Virus record (IMG/VR): IMGVR_UViG_3300005259_000072
Span: 1-40,166 of that record
Source: a virus
Lineage: Duplodnaviria; Caudoviricetes
Direction: 5' to 3' (one strand)
Length of the DNA: 40,166 nt
Numbering within the stretch: the first letter of the stretch is position 1; each line of letters opens with the position of its first letter. Under the pieces are notes generated by a model that saw nothing but the letters and a program-made list of their open reading frames with translations, did not search any database and was not told where the DNA came from. Below, one piece after another: positions 1 to 7,817 of the stretch. The position numbers were made by a program, and so were the translations under genes.

Positions 1-1164
1 AATACGGTTGCGATTTTCCGGAAAAACGTACATGGTGGCAGCCGGAGTTATACCCGTCTCCGTATTCCAAATCGGAATATCGCTACGCCCGCTCTCGCGG
101 AGAAGATTCCGCAGAAAGGCAAACCAGACACCAAAGCGCTTTTCCGGGTTGGCGGCCGGGCTACTGCTGCCACAGGGCATATGGAGCGATAAAACATCCA
201 TATACTCGACAGCGCCCAAGCGCAAAACATCACGATAAAAACGTTCTCCTCCCCAATCAGCAGGGCCGCATACACCCACAATCTGCAATTCCGGGTCGAC
301 CTGACGAATAGCAGCAGCAGTCTCTTTCAGCAACTCAAAATACTTCTGAGGTTCATTGCCGAAAACAGTATAAGGCTCATTATAGATTTCCCAATAACGA
401 ATATGTTCATGCGAGGCACGAACAAGAGGAAGCACGTAAGACTCCAGCCACCATTTTTTCCAGGCAGCAAAGCCGGCATCGGAAAGTTGATCGGCCTTGA
501 TTGGGGCCCAAAGACAACCAAGAGGATTGAGATGTTGCTCTTTTTCAAAGTCTTTGACTTTTCGAAGAGTATCGATATCCAGTTTACCATCCTTGAAAAT
601 GCGTGAATAACGCGTATCGCCCCAGCAGTTGAAGCGACGACGCCAACTTACACCACTGGCAGTAAGCAAATCCGGACACCATTCACCGCCGGAAACACCA
701 AGCATGCCATCAGCCGCGGCATCACCAACCGGAGGCAATACACTCCAAACAAGTTCACCGCGAGCAGCGTTGAAACGATCAACAACCTCAACGCGATAAG
801 CACCGGTATTCTGAATATATGTAAGGTCATGCGGCGCGAGAATACCGCCAACACTATGAAAATCCTCCCAAATCAACTTGCCGTCGAAACCAAACAATCT
901 GGCATCTGCCTTTCTCGCCACAACCTGGATACGATATGGCTGGCCGGAGGGAAGAAAGAAAATGGGATTACCCTTGCGTGAAGGACGCTGTAAACTCAAC
1001 TTTAAAGGAGCAGCCGGAGCAGACGCAGAAGATTCCGGCACCGCAGCAGCAGACACTGGCGCTACAACTTTACCGCCACCCGCAACGGCACCAGGCTCCG
1101 CCGGTAAAGCCAGTGGAAAACATAAAATTAATGCAGTAATCAAACCCCGTCGGCAAAACTTCAT
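1..1164 (-). CDS. Host secreted glycoside hydrolase, clan GH-A (GH5/GH39-like); 3' end runs off the window
   Basis: Not in the ORF track because it has no stop in the window. Manual translation from ATG at 1164 (GGGAG RBS 9 nt upstream) is open to position 1. It has a signal-peptide-like N-terminus MKFCRRGLITALILCFPLALPA, acid/base motif YWEIYNEP, IRQVDPELQIVG, MDVLSLH and nucleophile motif IPIWNTETG. Confidence 0.85.
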   Translation of the reverse strand, partial: MKFCRRGLITALILCFPLALPAEPGAVAGGGKVVAPVSAAAVPESSASAPAAPLKLSLQRPSRKGNPIFFLPSGQPYRIQVVARKADARLFGFDGKLIWEDFHSVGGILAPHDLTYIQNTGAYRVEVVDRFNAARGELVWSVLPPVGDAAADGMLGVSGGEWCPDLLTASGVSWRRRFNCWGDTRYSRIFKDGKLDIDTLRKVKDFEKEQHLNPLGCLWAPIKADQLSDAGFAAWKKWWLESYVLPLVRASHEHIRYWEIYNEPYTVFGNEPQKYFELLKETAAAIRQVDPELQIVGVCGPADWGGERFYRDVLRLGAVEYMDVLSLHMPCGSSSPAANPEKRFGVWFAFLRNLLRESGRSDIPIWNTETGITPAATMYVFPENRNRI

Positions 1165-1278
1165 TGCCACAAGCTCCCATTGTTTAATAGAAACAGGGAT
1201 TAATATAGACGAAACAGCAGCGCAAGCAAAACTGATTGCCGGCAAAAAGCAAATAAATAACATCATTCCAACATCAAA

Positions 1279-1722
1279 TCAACAAAGCATACCGTTTTGA
1301 CTGCGTTCTTCCAAGCGGTCAGCCATCCAAGTAGACATGAATTGTTTAAGATTCTTATTGGCGAACTCATCAGGATTCCAGTCTTTTTCCAGCAGCATCG
1401 GCGCATAGGCATCCTTAAAGCAATAAAAAGCCGCCGGCATCCTGATTCCCCCCTCAAGAACGACATCACCATCAGTACGTTGATAATATTCCCCCTCAAA
1501 TTGATCAAGGAGTGCAATATCTCCGGAGTTAATATGAAAATAGAGTACGCCTCGAACCGAGCCGGCACCAGGCACTACAGCAGGAAAAGTCTCACCCCGA
1601 ATCTGCAGACGGCGATAATTGTTCAGTTGGGCACGGCAAGAAATATAATGCCCGGATACAACTTTTTCCCAGATTACGGGATACATTAAAGACCCGTAAG
1701 CAAAAATGTTCAAATTCGTCAT
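1279..1722 (-). CDS. Gamma-glutamylcyclotransferase / AIG2-like family protein (host)
   Basis: N-terminal IFAYGSLM and LDQFEGEYYQR motifs typical of the GGCT/AIG2 fold. Confidence 0.85.
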   Translation of the reverse strand: MTNLNIFAYGSLMYPVIWEKVVSGHYISCRAQLNNYRRLQIRGETFPAVVPGAGSVRGVLYFHINSGDIALLDQFEGEYYQRTDGDVVLEGGIRMPAAFYCFKDAYAPMLLEKDWNPDEFANKNLKQFMSTWMADRLEERSQNGMLC

Positions 1723-2047
1723 AAAAATCCCAAAAAATTACAATTATGCCATTGTTTGATTACGATCCCCATCTCAACGATCGCGGCATTGATGTTACAA
1801 TGCACGTACCGTGCCATCCCCGACACGTGTGAAAACGCGATAACCAAACTGTAGTTGGCAAGGGGATAATCTAATGCAGGCAACAATATTTTTCCAGTGA
1901 ATTTTAAAGCAAAAAATATTGTATACAAAGGAGTTCCGAATTTAGAAGCAAGATTTTACGTTCAAACAAACGCACTTTTAACAGCATCTAAAGAAACGAG
2001 AAAAAAATCAAGAGGAAGAAAATAATGGGGAAATCAGGGCAAAAAAA

Positions 2048-2093
2048 TGGAGGCGTGGATCGGATTTGAACCGATGAATAACGGTTTTGCAGA
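2048..2093 (-). other. att site: displaced 3' half of tRNA-Cys(GCA), left prophage boundary
   Basis: Reverse complement reads TCT-GCA-AA-ACCGT-TATTC-ATCGG-TTCAAAT-CCGAT-CCACGCC-T-CCA (anticodon loop, T-arm, 3' acceptor strand, CCA). The 5' anticodon stem, D-arm and 5' acceptor strand are replaced by unrelated sequence. Confidence 0.88.
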
Positions 2094-2127
2094 GCGCTCA
2101 ATCGGTAGAGAAGCCTTCCCGTTTAGC

Positions 2128-2154
2128 CTCAAAAAGCTTTGTGCCCACTCTAGA
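2128..2154 (+). promoter_or_regulatory. Putative phage RNAP promoter, copy 1 (CTCAAAAAGCTTTGTGCCCACTCT-AGA)
   Basis: 24-nt exact match to 5187-5210. The CACTCTA|G end aligns with T7 CACTATA|G. Confidence 0.75.
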
Positions 2155-2176
2155 AAGAATTGGTTTTATACGATTC

Positions 2177-2198
2177 TGGTAGATGGTTGGTAGATGGT
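2177..2198 (+). repeat. Tandem 11-bp repeat TGGTAGATGGT x2, candidate integrase arm-type sites
   Basis: Exact tandem copies at 2177-2187 and 2188-2198, about 85 bp inside the att core. Confidence 0.55.
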
Positions 2199-2207
2199 AC
2201 AGAACCA

Positions 2208-2233
2208 TCAAAAGCTTTGTGCATACTCTTAGA
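2208..2233 (+). promoter_or_regulatory. Putative phage RNAP promoter, copy 2 (TCAAAAGCTTTGTGCATACTCT-TAGA)
   Basis: Variant of the repeated motif with two core substitutions, just upstream of the xis-like RBS. Confidence 0.6.
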
Positions 2234-2276
2234 ATGGATCAACAACACCCCCACCAAAACCATAGGAGAAAAAGCA

Positions 2277-2489
2277 GTGAGTACCCCCGAAGCAACCCCC
2301 AATGTCCCCGTTGTAAATAACCAGCAACAGTTCTTCACCCCCAGTCAGGCAGCAACATTACTTCAAGTGTCCAGTAAAACGGTTCTCGCCTGGGCACGGC
2401 AAAAGAAAATAGACGCACTTATCATAGGAGATACGGTGCGCATCCCCCGAGAAGTCCTTTATCCTGCCAACCTGCCAAATAGAAGATAG
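2277..2489 (+). CDS. Excisionase-like MerR/HTH_17 DNA-binding protein (70 aa)
   Basis: FFTPSQAATLLQVSSKTVLAWARQKKIDALIIGDTVRIP is a typical HTH_17/Xis pattern. GTG start at 2277 follows AGGAG. Gene lies next to att. Confidence 0.8.
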   Translation: MSTPEATPNVPVVNNQQQFFTPSQAATLLQVSSKTVLAWARQKKIDALIIGDTVRIPREVLYPANLPNRR

Positions 2490-2519
2490 AAGATTTTACT
2501 TTCTAAATTCTGTTGGAAA

Positions 2520-2564
2520 TTAGGATGTTATACATTTGCGATAACACCCTAACCCCCTTATATT
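2520..2564 (+). promoter_or_regulatory. Candidate sigma70 promoter for the RNAP gene, overlapped by an inverted repeat
   Basis: TTGCGA (2536-2541) - 17 nt - TATATT (2559-2564). Inverted repeat TTAGGATGTTAT (2520-2531) / ATAACACCCTAA (2541-2552), 11 of 12 complementary. Confidence 0.5.
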
Positions 2565-2623
2565 CTCCATCCCACCACAAAATATCCAGGCTCATACTCC
2601 GAGCCGGGGAGAGGATTTTTGTA

Positions 2624-5179
2624 ATGATCAGTATGGGTAGTGTTTGTAATGAAGTTGGGTCAGAAGCGGTATCTTCTGATGTCGTAGTAGAAGTAGAAGT
2701 AAACTCGAACGAATTGCTGATTGATCTGGAAATGCAGATCGAAGCAAAGGCGATGGACGTGACCAGGGAGCGCTATGAGCGTCAACTGGAGCGCATGACC
2801 AGCCAGGGCGATGGGTCTCAGACTGGTGTAGGAAAGCTCTTCATCAAGAAGACTGTAGCGGCTTTTGCTCAGGGTATTGATGAGTTTCTGAACCCAGATA
2901 AGGGGCAGGCAGGTTGGAATACGGGCAGACAGAAGCATGTACGTGGTTTGTTTGATACCCTCGACTTGAAGCCTGTAGAGTATGCGTACATAACCATGAC
3001 GGTCATCCTGGATCACTGGCTGAAGGACGACAGGACGGTCTTTCAGAGTTACGCACTGGACATTGCAAACAATTGCCTGCGTGAGTACGAGTATCGTCGC
3101 CTGAAGGCTGAGTATCCCGAGTATCTTGCTGAAGTCACTAAAGACATTCAGAAGAAGACCGAATCCAAGAAGCACTTGTGGAAGGTCCTCCGGGATATGA
3201 AGAAGAAGACTTTGGGTTTATACGACATGGAAGTATCAGAGCTGGAACGGCTGTCTTTGGGCTCCAAGCTGCTGGAGATTATGATCGAATCTACCGGGGC
3301 CTTTGAGCTAGACCGTCACGTCAAAGGGAAGGCTGATACTCCGTTGATTCTGAAGCCAGCAGAAGAGTCTCTGCGTATCCTGCGGCAGTCCTCAGACTGG
3401 TTTGCGTTTGCTCATCCGGTGTATCCTATCATGGTAGCCCCGCCTCTGGACTGGACCGATCTGCATACTGGCGGTTACTACAGCCCTGGCAAGTATCTTC
3501 AGCCTGATCTGGTCAAGCTGCCTCGCAAGGTCCTCAATCGACTGGAAGGTCACGAGATGCCAGACGTATACAAAGCAATCAACTCGGTGCAGAGTGTGGC
3601 CTGGCGCATCAACACAAAGGTTCTGGACGTGCTCAAAGAGCTTTGGGAGACTACGCCTGGCGGTGTCGCCGGTCTGCCTGAGAAGTACGCTGTGCCGCTG
3701 CCTCCGAAGCCCTGGGGAGAGATCAACTCACCGGAGGAATGGAAGCAATACAAAGAGCAGCACCTGGAATTAGTAAGAACCTGGATGAAGGCAGCAGAAG
3801 CGGCCTATCAGGCTGAAATCAGGTCCGTATCGAGACGACTGGCTATCGGCTCATACATCATCCCGATGGCTGAAGAGGTCCGTAACCATGAGGCAATCTA
3901 CTTCCCGTGGACTTTGGACTTCCGTGGCAGAATGTATCCGCTGGTGCCTTATGTTAATCCACAGGCTGATGATTGCGGTAAGAGTTTGCTGATGTTCGCT
4001 GAAGGCAAGCGGCTGGGCAGTGATGGCGTCTGGTGGCTGGCAATTCACGGGGCGAATACAGCAGGCTTTGACAAGGCGTCCTTTGAAGATCGTGTCGGCT
4101 GGGTCGTAGAGCACGAGGAGATGATCCTGAGCTGTGCCGAGCGTCCTTTGGAAGACCTGAGATGGGCCGATACTGATTCACCCATGCAGTTTCTTGCTTT
4201 TTGTTTTGAGTGGGCGCAGTACAAGATCACAGGCGAAGACACTATTAGTCACCTGCCGGTGGCGATGGATGGTACCTGCAATGGGCTCCAGCATTTATCG
4301 GCCATGCTTCTGGATGAACGTGGCGGCAGTGCGGTTAATCTGCTCCCGGCTGAAAAGCCTGCCGACATCTATACTGAAGTACGTAAAGAGGTAGAAGCCA
4401 GTATTGAGCGGGACATTGCAGGTACTGACGAGGAAAAGCAAGCCAAGGCGAGATTCTGGCAGGGTAAGATCACCCGTAGCCTGGTCAAGCGTCCCACTAT
4501 GACTACTCCATATGGCGTATCTCACCGTGGAGTACATGAGCAGTTGCTTGGCGAGGCTGAATCACTGGGCTTGCTGGTTGGCTGCGCAGTGCCTCCTCGG
4601 GTAATGGTTGAGTACCTCACTGAGATTGTCATTCAGGCGATTAGTCATGTGGTACGTAAGGCCAGAGAAGCGATGGACTGGTTGATGGAGGCGGCAAAGG
4701 TCGCCTGCAAGCTTGAGTTGCCTCTGGAGTGGACCACGCCTATCGGCTTCAAAGTCGTGCAGCATTACTCTAAGCTGGCGGGGAATCGAATTAACTTATT
4801 TATAGGCAAGACACGCATCCGGCTGACATCAGGGGAAGTTACCACTGAACTGGATACGAGACATCAAGTATCGGGCATTGCCCCTAACTTTGTGCACTCG
4901 CTGGACGCATCCATGCTAATGGGGACGGTGAATAAGCTGGTGGAGATCGGAGAAAAGTCGTTTGCCTTTATTCATGACTCTTATGGAGTCCATGCCAGTG
5001 AGGTAGACAAGCTTCACCAGATTCTACGTGATCAGTTTATCCGTATTTACACTAATAGAATTATTAGTAGTGCAAAGAACAAATGGGAACAGGCGTGGAA
5101 CGCTGAGTTGCCTGATGAACCGACAATGGGATCGCTGGACATCAACCAGGTGCGATACAGCAGTTATTTCTTTGCTTGA
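2624..5179 (+). CDS. T7-like single-subunit DNA-directed RNA polymerase (gp1-like)
   Basis: DFRGRMYP, motif A DGTCNGLQH, motif B RSLVKRPTMTTPYG, APNFVHSLDA, motif C IHDS, C-terminal YFFA. Start placed at ATG 2624 after GAGAGG; the ORF is open from 2513. Confidence 0.97.
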   Translation: MISMGSVCNEVGSEAVSSDVVVEVEVNSNELLIDLEMQIEAKAMDVTRERYERQLERMTSQGDGSQTGVGKLFIKKTVAAFAQGIDEFLNPDKGQAGWNTGRQKHVRGLFDTLDLKPVEYAYITMTVILDHWLKDDRTVFQSYALDIANNCLREYEYRRLKAEYPEYLAEVTKDIQKKTESKKHLWKVLRDMKKKTLGLYDMEVSELERLSLGSKLLEIMIESTGAFELDRHVKGKADTPLILKPAEESLRILRQSSDWFAFAHPVYPIMVAPPLDWTDLHTGGYYSPGKYLQPDLVKLPRKVLNRLEGHEMPDVYKAINSVQSVAWRINTKVLDVLKELWETTPGGVAGLPEKYAVPLPPKPWGEINSPEEWKQYKEQHLELVRTWMKAAEAAYQAEIRSVSRRLAIGSYIIPMAEEVRNHEAIYFPWTLDFRGRMYPLVPYVNPQADDCGKSLLMFAEGKRLGSDGVWWLAIHGANTAGFDKASFEDRVGWVVEHEEMILSCAERPLEDLRWADTDSPMQFLAFCFEWAQYKITGEDTISHLPVAMDGTCNGLQHLSAMLLDERGGSAVNLLPAEKPADIYTEVRKEVEASIERDIAGTDEEKQAKARFWQGKITRSLVKRPTMTTPYGVSHRGVHEQLLGEAESLGLLVGCAVPPRVMVEYLTEIVIQAISHVVRKAREAMDWLMEAAKVACKLELPLEWTTPIGFKVVQHYSKLAGNRINLFIGKTRIRLTSGEVTTELDTRHQVSGIAPNFVHSLDASMLMGTVNKLVEIGEKSFAFIHDSYGVHASEVDKLHQILRDQFIRIYTNRIISSAKNKWEQAWNAELPDEPTMGSLDINQVRYSSYFFA

Positions 5180-5186
5180 TTCTGAG

Positions 5187-5213
5187 CTCAAAAAGCTTTG
5201 TGCCCACTCTTGA
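5187..5213 (+). promoter_or_regulatory. Putative phage RNAP promoter, copy 3, directly after the RNAP gene
   Basis: 24-nt identity with 2128-2151. Position is equivalent to T7 phi1.1A/B. Confidence 0.8.
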
Positions 5214-5258
5214 TAAGACCGCCAGACTGAGATAACCAAAATTCCAGAAAGGATTCCG

Positions 5259-5477
5259 ATGATGTCAGTCGTAATATCAATAGTGGCACTTTGCTTTTGC
5301 GCTCTGGTGCTCTCCCGGTGGCTGCACAGTCACTGGCGAGGGCATCCCGTTCCCGCCTATGCTGTACATGACTGCTCGTATGGGCAACGCTTGCCCAAAG
5401 AAGTACGTCAGAAGAAAAAGCATAAGCGGCATATGGCAAAGGCTTCCCGCCGCAAGAACAGGAGAAAGAAAAAGTAG
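5259..5477 (+). CDS. Small membrane-anchored protein with a highly basic C-terminus
   Basis: Hydrophobic N-terminal helix, K/R-rich tail, AAGGA RBS, abuts the next gene. Confidence 0.6.
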   Translation: MMSVVISIVALCFCALVLSRWLHSHWRGHPVPAYAVHDCSYGQRLPKEVRQKKKHKRHMAKASRRKNRRKKK

Positions 5478-5786
5478 ATGACCTTACATCGTAAACTTCA
5501 CATTTGTCCTGAGTGCAAGGGGGAAGGACGGGTAGAGTTCCTCCCCGTTACTTCACGAGCCGATGATGAGTTTCAGATCAAAACATGTGAAGTCTGCAAA
5601 GGGTCAGGGCGGGTGTATATGAAAGTGCTCGTTGCTTATGAGCCTTATATGCCTCCCGATCCTCCAGACCTGGCACTGAAGATCATCCCATTCTCCCCGG
5701 AACCACCTACCGCAGGAGAGGAACGACCCCAGGAAACCCACACCCAAGAAAGCGCAGTTCACCAGAATGTTTTACCATTGTTTTAA
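5478..5786 (+). CDS. DnaJ-type CxxCxGxG zinc-finger protein
   Basis: CPECKGEG and CEVCKGSG motifs. Confidence 0.65.
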   Translation: MTLHRKLHICPECKGEGRVEFLPVTSRADDEFQIKTCEVCKGSGRVYMKVLVAYEPYMPPDPPDLALKIIPFSPEPPTAGEERPQETHTQESAVHQNVLPLF

Positions 5787-5989
5787 CCAGCTTGAACCCG
5801 ATACCTCCCCCGGCCCCGGAGTGAAGGCCGTTCGGGTCTTCGCATGTAGTGCACGAGGGATCGCCACGATTGCCGCAACAGGACATTTTGAAGTCCCCCA
5901 GTCGGCCCAGCGAGTCCTCAGCAATCGCCCCAAACATAACCACAAAAACTTTCGTTCCAAATAATAAAAATCACCAAGGATACATAATC

Positions 5990-6709
5990 ATGTCAACTAA
6001 ATCCAACAGCAACCGTACTCGCCGTCCCGAATACTTCACACCCAGGGGCATCGCCAAGTTCGCCTTCCTGAACGATCCCCAGACCAAGCTTGACCCGGAC
6101 GGTATCTACTCCGTGGCCCTGCGCCTGCCGACTGAGGATGCAGACACCCAGGTCCTCATTGACATTTACAACCAGGAAAGTGCAGCCGCTCTGATCGAGA
6201 CCCACAAGACCATTGACAAGATCGACAAGCCGGTCAAGGTCAACGGCAAAATCATGAAGCCGGATGAAGCCAAGAAGGCCCTGAAGGATACCCTCGCTAT
6301 TGCCCTGCCGTTTGAGACGGAAGTGGATGAGGAAGGTACCCCCACCGGCAACACGATCTTCAAGTTCAAGATGAAGGCCAAAACCACGGACGAAGACGGC
6401 AACGAGAAAGAACGCCGCCCGGCAGTCTGTGATGCGAATCGACAGGCCGTGAACCTGGATGAAGTTATGATCGGCTCCGGCACTGAGATGCGTGTGAAGT
6501 TCCGTATCGGGACCAACTACATGCAGTCGGCGAATACGCTTTACCTGACCGGCTATATGGCTGCTGTCCAGATCATCAAGCTGGTGCAGTTCAGCGGTGA
6601 TGCCTTCGGTGGTTTCGGTGAAGAAGAAGGTTACAGCTCCAGTGCTTCCGAAGCTGGTGATGTACCCGCCCAGGGTAACGGTGAAGGCGGCGAAAAGGGA
6701 GACTTCTAA
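5990..6709 (+). CDS. Single-stranded DNA-binding protein (gp2.5-like)
   Basis: TPRGIAKFAFLNDP, FKFKMKA, IGSGT, AVQIIKLVQF, acidic tail ending GDF. ATG 5990 follows AAGGA. Confidence 0.92.
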   Translation: MSTKSNSNRTRRPEYFTPRGIAKFAFLNDPQTKLDPDGIYSVALRLPTEDADTQVLIDIYNQESAAALIETHKTIDKIDKPVKVNGKIMKPDEAKKALKDTLAIALPFETEVDEEGTPTGNTIFKFKMKAKTTDEDGNEKERRPAVCDANRQAVNLDEVMIGSGTEMRVKFRIGTNYMQSANTLYLTGYMAAVQIIKLVQFSGDAFGGFGEEEGYSSSASEAGDVPAQGNGEGGEKGDF

Positions 6710-6711
6710 TC

Positions 6712-6828
6712 ATGGCTTCCAAAGCGCACAAAGACGCCGCAACCAGTCGTGAGGTCGAAGCGATGTTCAACTCTTACAGTAAAGGCTGGCGGGGATACTG
6801 CCGGTACGGATACAGCAAGGGCAAATGA
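6712..6828 (+). CDS. Small hypothetical protein (38 aa)
   Basis: Fills the SSB-endonuclease gap; GGGAG upstream; ATGA overlap with the endonuclease start. Confidence 0.5.
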   Translation: MASKAHKDAATSREVEAMFNSYSKGWRGYCRYGYSKGK

Positions 6829-7250
6829 GCCGAGCCTTTCGACCCTGCGCCAAGCCCTCGACGGTGGCCCTGAAAATGGGCTTCCGAAGTGGGTTTGAGC
6901 AGAGAATCTGTGAGGAACTGAGTAAGGCTAGGGTAGACTATGAGTACGAAGAAATGAAAGTACCGTATGTCATCCCGGCCTCTCAGCATACCTACACCCC
7001 GGACTTCTGCGTATATCTGAAGTCTGGAAAAGTAATCATCGTGGAGACCAAGGGACGATTCATGCCGGAGGATCGACAGAAACACCTGCATGTACGTGAG
7101 TCCAATCCTGAACTGGACATCCGCTTTGTCTTCCAGAACCCGAATACCAAGATCACCCCCACTTCCAAGACTACCTACGCTATGTGGTGTAATAAGAACG
7201 GCTTCAAGTGGGCGGCAAAATCCATACCGAAGGAGTGGCTCAGTGAGTAA
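6825..7250 (+). CDS. Endonuclease I / Holliday junction resolvase (gp3-like)
   Basis: GFRSGFE, YTPDF, VETKGRF, DRQKHL, PELDIRFVF. Confidence 0.96.
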   Translation: MSRAFRPCAKPSTVALKMGFRSGFEQRICEELSKARVDYEYEEMKVPYVIPASQHTYTPDFCVYLKSGKVIIVETKGRFMPEDRQKHLHVRESNPELDIRFVFQNPNTKITPTSKTTYAMWCNKNGFKWAAKSIPKEWLSE

Positions 7251-7527
7251 CAAAAGACTTAGTAAGGCACAGCTGGGTTTGTTGGAAGAGGTTGCGGGTC
7301 AGCCGGTCAAGAAGACGCTCCGGTTTGGCATGAAGCATAGCCACAGGTTTCGGGGAAACTTTGGGTCCTTTCTAGTAACCGGGGAAACGTTTCAAGTTCT
7401 TTATCGAAACGGCCTGATCCGCATGGATATTGATGACAACTGGCAGGTCACTTTCACAATTACTGCCGAGGGGTTGGCCCTTATCGATAAAGAGCTTGCC
7501 TCCCTTGAGAAAGGCAATAAGCAATGA
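7243..7527 (+). CDS. Hypothetical winged-helix-like protein, paralog A
   Basis: GTG 7243 after AGGAG. C-terminal LYRNGLIR...FTITAEGLAL. Alignable to the next ORF. Confidence 0.6.
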   Translation: MSNKRLSKAQLGLLEEVAGQPVKKTLRFGMKHSHRFRGNFGSFLVTGETFQVLYRNGLIRMDIDDNWQVTFTITAEGLALIDKELASLEKGNKQ

Positions 7528-7817
7528 GCGTCCTCAATGACTCACAGTTTGTAGCTCTCCACGCCATTAATAGTGCCCCTGTCCAAAAACCTCTGGCGCT
7601 GGTAAACAGCTTTTTTGGGGCCTGTACATTTGTGGATGAGCCCTACAAAAGTCTCTGTCGTGACCAGCTCATTAAGATGAAAATTAGTGAGGACTGGATA
7701 GCAACCTTCACGTTGACTAAAAAGGGCCGTGCGTTGTTTGAAAAAGCACAGTTATCCCCGACACTAAGGGTTCCCTTCGATGAGCGAAGTAGTTCAGACG
7801 CACCTGCCATGCCCTGA
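7524..7817 (+). CDS. Hypothetical winged-helix-like protein, paralog B
   Basis: LCRDQLIK...FTLTKKGRAL; overlaps both neighbours. Confidence 0.6.
   Translation: MSVLNDSQFVALHAINSAPVQKPLALVNSFFGACTFVDEPYKSLCRDQLIKMKISEDWIATFTLTKKGRALFEKAQLSPTLRVPFDERSSSDAPAMP

Noticed and set aside
8-1300. Several short ORFs in the track (8..238, 327..590, 648..854, 878..1300 and others)
   Set aside because: They are shadows of the long minus-strand glycoside hydrolase ORF (1164 to <1), which has clear catalytic motifs.
2048-2125. Intact tRNA-Cys gene
   Set aside because: Only the anticodon loop to CCA is present. The upstream sequence cannot form the anticodon stem, D-arm or acceptor stem.
2160-2623. Longer starts for xis (2160) and RNAP (2513)
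   Set aside because: They lack an RBS and run through promoter and repeat elements. Starts at 2277 and 2624 have SD sequences.
4888-4899. CTTTGTGCACTC as another promoter copy
   Set aside because: It is two bases short in the core and explained by the conserved NFVHS coding motif of RNAP.
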